Shown here: piece by piece, positions 39,054 through 47,610 of the stretch
How the letters are laid out: each line of letters begins with the position of its first letter
Numbering within the stretch: position 1 is the stretch's first letter
Source of the DNA: Verrucomicrobiota bacterium
Lineage (GTDB): Bacteria > Verrucomicrobiota > Lentisphaeria > Lentisphaerales > Lentisphaeraceae
DNA: 64,000 bases
Assembly (NCBI GenBank): GCA_039798785.1
Contig: JBDKFG010000024.1
Span: 32,001-96,000, forward strand
Direction: 5' to 3'
Program-made: the position numbers and the translations under genes
Notes under the pieces: generated by a model
What the model was told of the DNA's origin: nothing
Databases searched by the model: none
Seen by the model: the letters and a program-made list of their open reading frames with translations, nothing else

Positions 39054-39143
39054 CAGGACCTCAGGGATTTTGTGTTCCTGATGCAGACGCCAAAGATTCC
39101 AGAATGTTCGCGGCGGCAGAGGTGGAATCCGAACAAAAATTGC

Positions 39144-39180
39144 CACCACGGACCACGGAAGGCACGGAGCGCACGGAAAT
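39144..39180. repeat. CACGGA-based 9-mer tandem repeat
   Basis: CACCACGGACCACGGAAGGCACGGAGCGCACGGAAAT. Confidence 0.6.
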
Positions 39181-39226
39181 TTCAGTGGGGCTTCTCAGAA
39201 AGCCATTGATCATGCGGGGTTATTGA

Positions 39227-39628
39227 TCACGAATACTCGCAGATCTTGCAGCGGATGTAGTGATCAGGAATCGGATAGCCGCACTTCGGGCATGAGCTGA
39301 TCGTCGGCAGATTTTGAATCGATTCGTTGATCTCATGCTCGCGACGAATGCGGTGTTTTGCCAGGATCTGCATCCGCTCATCCTCAATTCTGGGCCGACC
39401 AATCATCAAAGGGATTTGACTCTCTTCGGGCATCAACCTCGCTACGCAATGCCCGGCGCGAGCGTGCTCGATCGTCTCGGCATCAGTCGCGCAGTAGTAG
39501 ACCTTTTCGCGACATTGATCGCAGAAGCGGATCGCGTCATCCTCGGTGCTTTGCAGGGCTTCCCATTTCAGTGGACACTGGAACTTGAAGCTCACCTTGC
39601 AGTTGCGGATCGTGCGTTCGGTTTTCAT
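39227..39628 (-). CDS. small Cys-rich putative metal-binding protein
   Basis: CPLKWEAL...RFCDQCREKVYYC...GHCVA and C-terminal CPKC..CKIC. GAGGG RBS before ATG 39628. Confidence 0.75.
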   Translation of the reverse strand: MKTERTIRNCKVSFKFQCPLKWEALQSTEDDAIRFCDQCREKVYYCATDAETIEHARAGHCVARLMPEESQIPLMIGRPRIEDERMQILAKHRIRREHEINESIQNLPTISSCPKCGYPIPDHYIRCKICEYS

Positions 39629-39633
39629 GCCCC

Positions 39634-40404
39634 TCACCACAACCTCGCTCCATGCGCGCCCATCGCCTGCGCCAGCTCGTTGGCGGCGGCTTTCAGGTCG
39701 GGCAGGAGGGATTCGGCTGAGACCTTGCCGTCGGGCGGCAAGAGGCAAGGACAGCTGAGCGCCGCCCAGGCGGGGGTGCTCGAGCTCCAGCGCACCGGCA
39801 CGGAGAGGTCGGTGACGCCGTTGATCAGGCGGCTGGGTTGCAGCACATGGCCGGCACTGGCGATCGACTTGAGCTGCTTCTCAAGCTCGGCCCGCTCCTT
39901 CTTCGCTACGTTGGCGAGGACGGCCTCGCCCAGACTGGTTTCGCCGAAGGCCAGCAGGCAAAGGCCGGTGCTGCTGCCGAGCAGTTCGAGCCGCGCCCCG
40001 GGACGGACCATGGTGATCAGCTCCGCCGGGCTCTCGGCACAGGCGACCACCAGGCCGCGGCCTTGATGAGGTAGAGTGAGGTGACAGCTCTGCCCATGCT
40101 GATCGGCGAAACGCCGCATCAGCGGCAGCGCCAGGTCGAGCAGGCGCCGCACCGGCGGATGGCGCAGGGCGAGGTCGAGCATCTTGCCGGTGAGGGTGTA
40201 GCGCTCCGCCTCGTCGCGACGCAGCCAGCCGGACTGCTCCAGGACGATCAGCATGCGGTACAGCTCGCCTTGAGTCCGGCCCAGCCGCTGCGCCAGTTCA
40301 GTCAAGGTCTGCGGACGCTCCGCCAAGGCCAGTTCGCTGAGGATCTCCAGGCCCTTCTCCAGGGCCGGGGCCTTGTATTTGCTCTCTCGATCGGCTTCCG
40401 GCAT
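39634..40404 (-). CDS. IclR family transcriptional regulator
   Basis: YKAPALEKGLEILSEL...ELYRML, SSTG, GVTDLSVPV. Confidence 0.93.
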   Translation of the reverse strand: MPEADRESKYKAPALEKGLEILSELALAERPQTLTELAQRLGRTQGELYRMLIVLEQSGWLRRDEAERYTLTGKMLDLALRHPPVRRLLDLALPLMRRFADQHGQSCHLTLPHQGRGLVVACAESPAELITMVRPGARLELLGSSTGLCLLAFGETSLGEAVLANVAKKERAELEKQLKSIASAGHVLQPSRLINGVTDLSVPVRWSSSTPAWAALSCPCLLPPDGKVSAESLLPDLKAAANELAQAMGAHGARLW

Positions 40405-40466
40405 GTGCTTCCCTCGTCTTTTGTGCTGCCCGCAATCTGCGGGTGAAAATCATTTTTGGGAAGGGC

Positions 40467-40506
40467 TTGCGCTTTTTTATATGAAAAGTAATTTTACAAA
40501 TGAAAT
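40467..40506 (+). promoter_or_regulatory. promoter and tandem putative IclR operators of the fucose operon
   Basis: TTGCGC-N16-TAATTT overlapped by TTTTTTATATGAAAA (40473-87) and TTTTACAAATGAAAT (40492-506). Confidence 0.6.
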
Positions 40507-40522
40507 CAACAGGAGGCGAACG

Positions 40523-42172
40523 ATGCTGAGCACCTTGGACTTCACCCTGATCATCGGCTATCTCGTCGGCATCACCCTGCTGGGCTTGTGGGTGGGGCGG
40601 CGCAGCACCGAAAGTTCGGAGGGCTACTTCCTCGCCGGCCGCGGCCTCGGCTGGGTGAGCATCGGTCTGGCCTTGTTTGCGACCAACATCTCGACGACGC
40701 AGATCATCGCGGCGGCCAGCGGCGCCTACAGCGGCCAGATCGGCGATCCCGGCAACTTCGAATGCCTGGCGCCCTTCTGCCTGATCCTGCTCGGCCTGGT
40801 TTTCGCCCCTTTCTACTTCACCAGCAAGGTCGCCACCCTGCCGGAATTCCTCGAGAAGCGCTTCAGTCCCGCCAGCCGCACCATCTTGGCGGTGATGGCG
40901 ATCTTCGGAGCTCTGTTTATTCACATCGGTTTTTCTCTCTACGCCGGGGCGGCGGTGGTGAACTCCCTGATTCCCTCCTTGAGCATCCCCAACGCCATCT
41001 TCATCGTCTCGGCGGCCACCGTTATCTACACCGTCTTCGGCGGCCTCAAGGGGGTCGTGGTCACCGAGTCGGTTCAGACCGTGCTGCTCCTCTTCGGTTC
41101 GCTGGCGGTGCTGGTCTTCGGCCTCATGGCGCTCAATGACCAGGGCATCAATTCGCTGGCCGAAGTGCGCGCCGCCGCCCGCACTCCAGAGCAGATGTCG
41201 ATGATTCGCTCGGATGGCGACTTCTCCTGGTACGCCATGCTTCTCGGCTACCCCGTGCTCGGCATCTGGTACTGGTGCTCGGACCAGACCATCGTCCAGC
41301 GCGTCCTCGGTGCCCGCAGCCAGAAGGACGCCCAGAACGGCGCCATTCTCTGCGGCATGCTCAAGCTTCTGCCGCTCTTTCTGATGGTCATCCCCGGCGT
41401 CTTCGCCTACATCCTCTTCAAGGACAAGATCGGCGCCGACGCCAACGCCGCCTTGCCCACCATGATCCTCAATCTCCTGCCTGAAGGTCTGCGCGGCCTG
41501 GTCATCGCCGGCCTGCTCGCCGCCCTGATGAGCACCGTCGCCGGCGCCCTCAACTCGGTCGGGACTCTGGTCAGCGTCGACCTGGTTCAGCGCCTGCGTC
41601 CGCAGACCAAGGACCAAACCCTGGTGCGCATCGGCCAATGGACCGCGGCGCTCGGCATGCTGGTCGCCATCGCCTGGTCGATGCAAGGTGGCAAGTTCGA
41701 GAACATCTTCAAGGGGATCAACTCGATGATCGCGGTGATCGCGCCGCCGATCACCGCCGTCTTCCTCTGGGGCGTCTTGTGGAAACGCGGCACCGCCAAG
41801 GCAGCCCTCGCCACCTTCATCATCGGCTACGCCTGCGCCGGCTTCGTCTTCTTCACCGACATCCCCGCCGTCTCTGGCCTGGTGATGGGAACCCAGATGA
41901 TCGACGGCAAGGAAGTCGCGATTCAGCTGGTCTCCGGCAAGTGGGGCATCGGCTTCATGATGCAGGCCTGGTGGCTCTTCGTCATCTGCTCCGTGGTCTT
42001 CTTCGCCGTCAGCCTCGCCACCCCCGCCCCGGCCAAGGAAGTCACCGACAAGTATTGCTGGGACAAACCCTGGTCCGCCCTCCTCGGCCCCTTCCAAGGC
42101 GCCCTCGATCCGCGCCTGCTCTCCGCCATCCTTTTTGTCGTCACCTGCGCCATCTACTGGGTCTTCCGCTGA
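40523..42172 (+). CDS. sodium:solute symporter (SSS/SLC5), probable L-fucose transporter
   Basis: YFLAGR, FATNIST, EFLEKRF, YTVFGGLKGV, WYWCSDQTIVQR, AALMST. AGGAGG RBS. Confidence 0.93.
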   Translation: MLSTLDFTLIIGYLVGITLLGLWVGRRSTESSEGYFLAGRGLGWVSIGLALFATNISTTQIIAAASGAYSGQIGDPGNFECLAPFCLILLGLVFAPFYFTSKVATLPEFLEKRFSPASRTILAVMAIFGALFIHIGFSLYAGAAVVNSLIPSLSIPNAIFIVSAATVIYTVFGGLKGVVVTESVQTVLLLFGSLAVLVFGLMALNDQGINSLAEVRAAARTPEQMSMIRSDGDFSWYAMLLGYPVLGIWYWCSDQTIVQRVLGARSQKDAQNGAILCGMLKLLPLFLMVIPGVFAYILFKDKIGADANAALPTMILNLLPEGLRGLVIAGLLAALMSTVAGALNSVGTLVSVDLVQRLRPQTKDQTLVRIGQWTAALGMLVAIAWSMQGGKFENIFKGINSMIAVIAPPITAVFLWGVLWKRGTAKAALATFIIGYACAGFVFFTDIPAVSGLVMGTQMIDGKEVAIQLVSGKWGIGFMMQAWWLFVICSVVFFAVSLATPAPAKEVTDKYCWDKPWSALLGPFQGALDPRLLSAILFVVTCAIYWVFR

Positions 42173-42183
42173 GCCGCTGACGC

Positions 42184-42368
42184 GGATTCAAGATTCAATA
42201 TTCAATATTCAAGAGGGAGGGGCAACGATGGAAGATTCAAAATCGATAATCCAACACACTGCCTTCCCAGTCGCACCTCTTGAATCTTCAATCTTGAATT
42301 GAGCTCATCGTTTTCTTGAATCTTGAATCTTGAATTTTGAATCTTGAATCGTCCAAGGAGCCCCCATG
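42184..42368 (+). repeat. ~185-bp TTCAAGA/TCTTGAA heptamer inverted-repeat element, copy A
   Basis: (ATTCAAG)n ... core CCAACACAC..CCTTCCCAGTCG ... (TCTTGAA)n-CCAAGGAGCCCCC-ATG. Confidence 0.9.
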
Positions 42369-44615
42369 AAACTCACCCTCTCTCTCGCCGCTCTGTTCCT
42401 CGCCGCCTGCGCCAGCGCCGCCGACAGCGCGCCCTCCCGCCCCGACGCCCCGGTCCTGAAGTACCAGCAGCCGGCGAAGAAGTGGTCGGCAGAAGCCCTG
42501 CCGATCGGCAACGGCCGCATGGGGGCGATGCTCTTCGGCGGCGTCGACGAGGAGCGGATCCAGTTCAACGAGCAGAGCCTGTGGAGCGGCGACAACAACT
42601 GGGACGGCGGCTACAAGCTCGGCGACCACGGCTTCGGCAACTACCGCAACTTCGGCGATCTCTTCCTCAAGTTCGACTCTGCGGCAGACGCAAAAACCGA
42701 GGCCTACCAGCGTGCTCTCGATCTCAGCCAGGGCCTGCACACTTGCGCCTTCCGCAAAGGCGGCGTCCGCTTCACCCGCGAGGCCTTCGCCAGCCGTCCC
42801 GACCAGGTCATCGTCTGCCGCTATTCCGCCGACAAGAAAGGCGCCCTCTCCGGCTCGCTCAAGCTCAAGCCCGGCCAGAAGGACACCCGCATCAGCGCGA
42901 GCGGCGCCGTCCTCAGCGCCGAAGGGGTGATGCCCAACCAGCTCAAACACGCCGTCCAGATCCGCCTCATTCCCGTCGGCGGCCAGGTCGAGGCCCAAGG
43001 CGAAACCCTGGTCTTCAAGAACTGCGACGAGCTGCTGCTGCTGCTCGACTGCCGCACCGACTACAAGCCGGATTACGCCGCCGGCTGGCGCGGCGAAGCG
43101 CCCCTGCCCCGCATCGAGGCCGAGCTGGACGCCGCGGCGAAGAAGTCCTACGCCGAACTCCTCGCCGCCCACCGCGCCGACCTCGGCTCGCTGCTCGCCC
43201 GGGCCCGGATCGACATCGGCAGCACCCCGCCCGAGATCGCCGCCCTGCCCACCGACGAACGCAAGAAGCGCTACGCCGCCGGCGGTGCCGACCCCGACCT
43301 CGAAGAGACGATGTTCGCCTACGGCCGCTACCTCCTCGCCAGCTGCTCGCGTCCCGGCGGCCTGCCCGCCAACCTCCAGGGCCTCTGGTGCGACTCGAAC
43401 AACCCGCCCTGGGCCAGCGACTACCACAACAACATCAACGTCCAGATGAACTACTGGGCGGCGGAAAGCACCAACCTCTCCGAGTGCCACAAGCCGCTGA
43501 TCGACTTCATCGTCGCCCAGGCCGAAGCCTGCCGCGTCGCCACCCGCAAGGAGTTCGGACCCAAGACCCGCGGCTGGACCTGCCGCACCTCGCAGAGCAT
43601 CTTCGGCGGCAACGGCTGGGAATGGAACATCCCCGCCTCCGCCTGGTACGCCACCCACGCCTACGAGCACTGGGCCTTCACCCAGGACCGCGACTACCTC
43701 GCCAAGACCGCCTACCCGATCCTCAAGGAGATCTGCCAGCTCTGGGAGGACCGCCTCGTGGCCCGCCCCGACGGCAAGCTCGTCGTCCCCAAGGGCTGGT
43801 CGCCCGAGCACGGCCCCCGCGAAGACGGCGTGATGCACGACCAGCAGCTCATCTGGGAACTCTTTGAGGACTACCTCGAGGCCGCCCGCGCCCTCGGCAT
43901 CGACCCCGAATACCAGAAGACCGTCGCCGGCCTGCAGGCCCGCCTCGCCCCCAACCTGATCGGCAAATGGGGCCAGCTGCAGGAGTGGCAGACCGACCGC
44001 GACGACCCCGATGACCAGCACCGCCACACCTCGCACCTCTTCGCCGTCTACCCCGGACGCCAGATCAGCCCGGCCCTCACCCCCGAGCTCGCCCAGGCCG
44101 CCCTCATCTCGCTGCGCAGCCGCAGCGGCAACTACGGCAAGAACAAGGACAAGCCCTTCACCGTCGACTCCACCGTCGGCGACAGCCGCCAGTCCTGGGC
44201 CTGGCCCTGGCGCGGCGCCATGTGGGCCCGTCTCGGCCAGGGCGACAAGGCCGGCATCATGGTCCGCGGCCTGCTCACCCACAACAGCCACCCCAATCTC
44301 TTCTGCATCGCCTCCCGGGTGTTCCAGATGGACGGCAATTTCGGCATCAGCGCCGCCATGGCGGAGATGCTGCTCCAATCCCACGCCGGCGAGATCGCCC
44401 TGCTCCCCGCCCTGCCGCCCGAATGGGCCAAACAAGGCTCCTTCACCGGCCTCAAGGCCCGCGGCGGCTTCACCGTCGACTGCGCCTGGCAGGACGGCAA
44501 GGTCACCCGCTACAAGATCCGCTCAGCCGAGGCCAAGACCGTCAAGGTCCGCGTCAACGGCGAGCTGAAGACCGCTGTCTCAGATTCAAAATTCCAGATT
44601 CAAGATTCAAGATGA
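42366..44615 (+). CDS. GH95 alpha-L-fucosidase, exported
   Basis: EALPIGNGRMGAM, YGRYLL, PANLQGLW, DYHNNINVQMNYW, SPEHG, HRHTSHL, FQMDGNFG. Confidence 0.95.
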   Translation: MKLTLSLAALFLAACASAADSAPSRPDAPVLKYQQPAKKWSAEALPIGNGRMGAMLFGGVDEERIQFNEQSLWSGDNNWDGGYKLGDHGFGNYRNFGDLFLKFDSAADAKTEAYQRALDLSQGLHTCAFRKGGVRFTREAFASRPDQVIVCRYSADKKGALSGSLKLKPGQKDTRISASGAVLSAEGVMPNQLKHAVQIRLIPVGGQVEAQGETLVFKNCDELLLLLDCRTDYKPDYAAGWRGEAPLPRIEAELDAAAKKSYAELLAAHRADLGSLLARARIDIGSTPPEIAALPTDERKKRYAAGGADPDLEETMFAYGRYLLASCSRPGGLPANLQGLWCDSNNPPWASDYHNNINVQMNYWAAESTNLSECHKPLIDFIVAQAEACRVATRKEFGPKTRGWTCRTSQSIFGGNGWEWNIPASAWYATHAYEHWAFTQDRDYLAKTAYPILKEICQLWEDRLVARPDGKLVVPKGWSPEHGPREDGVMHDQQLIWELFEDYLEAARALGIDPEYQKTVAGLQARLAPNLIGKWGQLQEWQTDRDDPDDQHRHTSHLFAVYPGRQISPALTPELAQAALISLRSRSGNYGKNKDKPFTVDSTVGDSRQSWAWPWRGAMWARLGQGDKAGIMVRGLLTHNSHPNLFCIASRVFQMDGNFGISAAMAEMLLQSHAGEIALLPALPPEWAKQGSFTGLKARGGFTVDCAWQDGKVTRYKIRSAEAKTVKVRVNGELKTAVSDSKFQIQDSR

Positions 44616-44768
44616 AGGGTCAAGGACAAGGAAGATTCAAAATCGAAAATCCAACACACCTCCTTCCCAGTCGCCATTTTGAATCTTCAATCTTGAATTG
44701 AGCTCATGGTTCTCTTGAATTTTGAATCTTGAATTTTGAATTTTGAATCTCCAAAGGAGCCCCCCATG
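44582..44768 (+). repeat. ~185-bp heptamer inverted-repeat element, copy B
   Basis: Aligns end to end with copy A including core, GAGCTCAT and RBS. The left arm lies inside the last codons of the GH95 gene. Confidence 0.9.
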
Positions 44769-45893
44769 AAACTCATCGCCTCCCTCTTCCTCGCCCTGAG
44801 CACCGCCGCCTGCGCCAGCCAGCCCTCGCTCGAAGAAGCCGGCCTCAAGCTCACTCCCGAAGGCCTGATCACCCGCGCCCCCAGCGACAAGCCCAGCGCC
44901 GTGCAACAGAAACAAATGGCCGAAGCCCGCTACGGCATGTTCATCCATTTCGGCATCAACACCTTCCACGACCAGGAATGGACCGACGGCAGCAAGCCGG
45001 CCAAGTCCTACGCGCCGAAGGAGATCGCCGCCGAGGAATGGGTGCTCGGCGCCAAGAACGCCGGCATGAGCCACGTCGTCCTGGTGTGCAAACACCACGA
45101 CGGCTTCTGCCTCTGGCCCTCGCCCTTGACCGAGTACTCAGTCAAGAATTCCGGCAATCCCACCGACGTCGTCAAGGCGGTCGCCGAGGCCTGCCACAAG
45201 CACGGCGTCCGCTTCGCCGTCTACTACTCCTGCTGGGACCGCAAATGGGACGCCGAGCACGCCGCCGACTACAAGAAAGACCAGGCCGCCGCCGACCGCG
45301 CCTACGCCGACTACATGTCCAAGCAGATCGAAGAGCTGATGACTGGCTACGGCCCGGTGCACGAGCTGTGGATCGACGGCTCCTGGATCAAAAAACCCGA
45401 GCGTTGGGGCTTCGACCGGGTCTACGACGCGGTCAAGAAACACCAGCCCGCCTGCCAGGTGGCGATCAACTGGAACATCGGCCACCCGAAAAACATCAAC
45501 AAGCACCCGGTGCTCCCCAAGGATCAGCGCGAAGGCTTCCCGATCCGCTTCTTCCCCTCCGACTTCCGCCTCGGCGACCCCCATCTGCCCGCCTTCCCCG
45601 ACCCCAAGGTCTTCACCCACCAGGGCGAAAAGTTCTACATGCCCTTCGAGTCCACCGTCTGCCTCAACGACAAGTGGTTCTGGAACAGCAAGGACAAGGG
45701 CCTGAAGTCGGTCGATGAGCTGGAGAAGCTGTTTTACACCGCCACCGCCCAGGGCAACCTGCTGCTCCTCAACTCGCCCCCCGGTCCCGACGGCCACATG
45801 CGCCCCGCCACCTTGCAGCGCCTGGTCGAACTGCGTGACCGTCTCGGCCTGAAGATCGGCCAGCCGCTGCCGCCCAATCCGCTGGACCGCTGA
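44766..45893 (+). CDS. GH29 alpha-L-fucosidase, exported
   Basis: GMFIHFGINTF, KHHDGFCLW, YYSCWD, ELWIDG, WFW, LLLN.PP. Confidence 0.95.
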   Translation: MKLIASLFLALSTAACASQPSLEEAGLKLTPEGLITRAPSDKPSAVQQKQMAEARYGMFIHFGINTFHDQEWTDGSKPAKSYAPKEIAAEEWVLGAKNAGMSHVVLVCKHHDGFCLWPSPLTEYSVKNSGNPTDVVKAVAEACHKHGVRFAVYYSCWDRKWDAEHAADYKKDQAAADRAYADYMSKQIEELMTGYGPVHELWIDGSWIKKPERWGFDRVYDAVKKHQPACQVAINWNIGHPKNINKHPVLPKDQREGFPIRFFPSDFRLGDPHLPAFPDPKVFTHQGEKFYMPFESTVCLNDKWFWNSKDKGLKSVDELEKLFYTATAQGNLLLLNSPPGPDGHMRPATLQRLVELRDRLGLKIGQPLPPNPLDR

Positions 45894-45953
45894 CGCGATT
45901 GCGCCCCATGCAAATCCAATCCAAAAAACATTTGAGTTTTATGGCTCGGCCGC

Positions 45954-46264
45954 TCGTCGCGAAGCGACTGCGTTCCTGGGAGCGCCGGCTGCCAGCCGGT
46001 TGCAGTTCTGCGCTCGTCGCGAAGCGACAGGATGAGTGTAGCCGGGGGGTTCAACCCCCAGTGAGATTGATGTCGGATATGGCGTCGCGGCAGCGACGCG
46101 GTGACAGTCATACGCGAATTCGACTGAGGTGGCGTCCTGTCATCCTGTCGCTTCGCGACGGCGACATCTTGCTGCACCATCCGGGGGTTAAAACCCCCGG
46201 CTACAATGACACCGTCGCTTCGCGACGAACACAAAACATCCGGCGGGACGCCGGTGCTCCCAGG
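45954..46264. repeat. nested REP doublets (REPIN/BIME-like)
   Basis: Outer CCTGGGAGCGCCGGCTGCCAGCCGG (45975) / CCGGCGGGACGCCGGTGCTCCCAGG (46240). Inner GTAGCCGGGGGGTTCAACCCCCAG (46038) / CCGGGGGTTAAAACCCCCGGCTAC (46181). Several GTCGCGAAGCGAC hairpins. Confidence 0.85.
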
Positions 46265-46332
46265 TTCTCCGTTGCTCACACAGGCACACAATCAATTCGT
46301 TTTGAATCTTGAATCCTCAAAGGAGCCTCGCC

Positions 46333-46782
46333 ATGAAACTTCTCGCCTCTCTCCTTCTCGCCCTCGCCGCCGCCTCTTGCGCGGCGCCCGCAAAAGCCGC
46401 CGCGGTCCACGGTCCCACCAACCTCGAATCCAGCCCCGCCGGCGCCGCCTGCTACGCCTCGGTCATCGAGCTCAAACCCGAGATGGAAGCCAAGTACCGC
46501 GAGCTGCACGCCGCCGTCTGGCCGGAAGTCGTCGCCGCGATCAAAAAGGCGAACATCAGCGACTACCGCATCTACCGCGCCGAACTCGGCGGCAAGGTCT
46601 ACCTCTTCTCCACCTTCACCTACACCGGCTCCGACTTCAAGGCGGACATGGATTCGATCGGCAAAGACCCCACCACCAAACTCAAATGGTGGCCACTCAC
46701 CGACGCCTGCCAAACCCGCCTCCCCGGCACCCCCGAGGGCCAGCAGTGGACCGGCATCGAACAGCTGATGCGGATTCCCTGA
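46333..46782 (+). CDS. L-rhamnose/L-fucose mutarotase (RhaM family) with lipoprotein-type signal peptide
   Basis: LKPEMEAKYRELHAAVWPEV...ANISDYRIY...KWW. N-terminus MKLLASLLLALAAASC. Confidence 0.88.
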   Translation: MKLLASLLLALAAASCAAPAKAAAVHGPTNLESSPAGAACYASVIELKPEMEAKYRELHAAVWPEVVAAIKKANISDYRIYRAELGGKVYLFSTFTYTGSDFKADMDSIGKDPTTKLKWWPLTDACQTRLPGTPEGQQWTGIEQLMRIP

Positions 46783-46783
46783 C

Positions 46784-47539
46784 ATGCGCCTGAAAAACCT
46801 CAAAGCCTTCATCACCGGCGGCTCCGAAGGCATCGGCTACGCCATCGCCGCGAAATTCCTTGCGGAAGGCGCACAAGTGGTCATCGCCGCCCACCAGGAA
46901 CCCATCCTCGCCACGTCCGCCCGGGCCCTCGCCTGCCCGGGCTTGCTCATGGACCTGCGCGACCTGGCCAGCGTCGAAAACGCCATTGCGCAGGCCGCAA
47001 AAATCATGGGCGGACTCGACATCGTCGTCAACAACGCCGCCCTCACCAGCCCGTCGAAACCGGTCGAGACCACCAGCCTCGACGAACTCGAGGCGATCCT
47101 CGACACCAATCTCCGCGGCAGCTTCTGGGTGATGCGCTGCGCCAAGCCGCACCTGCAATGCGGACGCGGCGCCGTCCTCAACATCTCCTCGATGGCCGGC
47201 GTCACCGGTCAGCGCGACCACGCTGCCTACGCGATGAGCAAGGGCGGGCTCAACGCCCTCACGCTCGCCGCCGCCGCCGACTGGGGACCCGAACGCATCC
47301 GCGTCAACGCCCTCTGTCCCGCCGGCGTCGCCACCCCCGCCCTCAAACGCTGGGCCGCCGAACAACCCGACCCCGCCGGCATCGACGACTACCTCAAGCG
47401 CATCCACGCCCTCGGCTACTGCGCCGAACCGGAGGAGATCGCCAACGCCGCCCTCTTCCTCTGCTCCCCCGAAGCCTCCTTCGTCACCGGCCACATCATG
47501 CACGTCTCGGGCGGCAGCGAGATCGGCTACAAGAACTGA
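46784..47539 (+). CDS. SDR oxidoreductase, probable L-fucose dehydrogenase
   Basis: TGGSEGIG, NNA, ISS, YAMSK, IRVNALCP. The substrate is inferred from context. Confidence 0.85.
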   Translation: MRLKNLKAFITGGSEGIGYAIAAKFLAEGAQVVIAAHQEPILATSARALACPGLLMDLRDLASVENAIAQAAKIMGGLDIVVNNAALTSPSKPVETTSLDELEAILDTNLRGSFWVMRCAKPHLQCGRGAVLNISSMAGVTGQRDHAAYAMSKGGLNALTLAAAADWGPERIRVNALCPAGVATPALKRWAAEQPDPAGIDDYLKRIHALGYCAEPEEIANAALFLCSPEASFVTGHIMHVSGGSEIGYKN

Positions 47540-47548
47540 ACTCTTCCC

Positions 47549-47579
47549 ATCAGTCCGATCCGACCGATCCGAACGATCT
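47549..47579. repeat. 9-mer TCCGATCCG-like tandem repeat
   Basis: ATCAGTCCGATCCGACCGATCCGAACGATCT. Same family as 26148. Confidence 0.65.
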
Positions 47580-47610
47580 TTTTCCTGAAACCCCAAACGA
47601 GAGCACTCCC

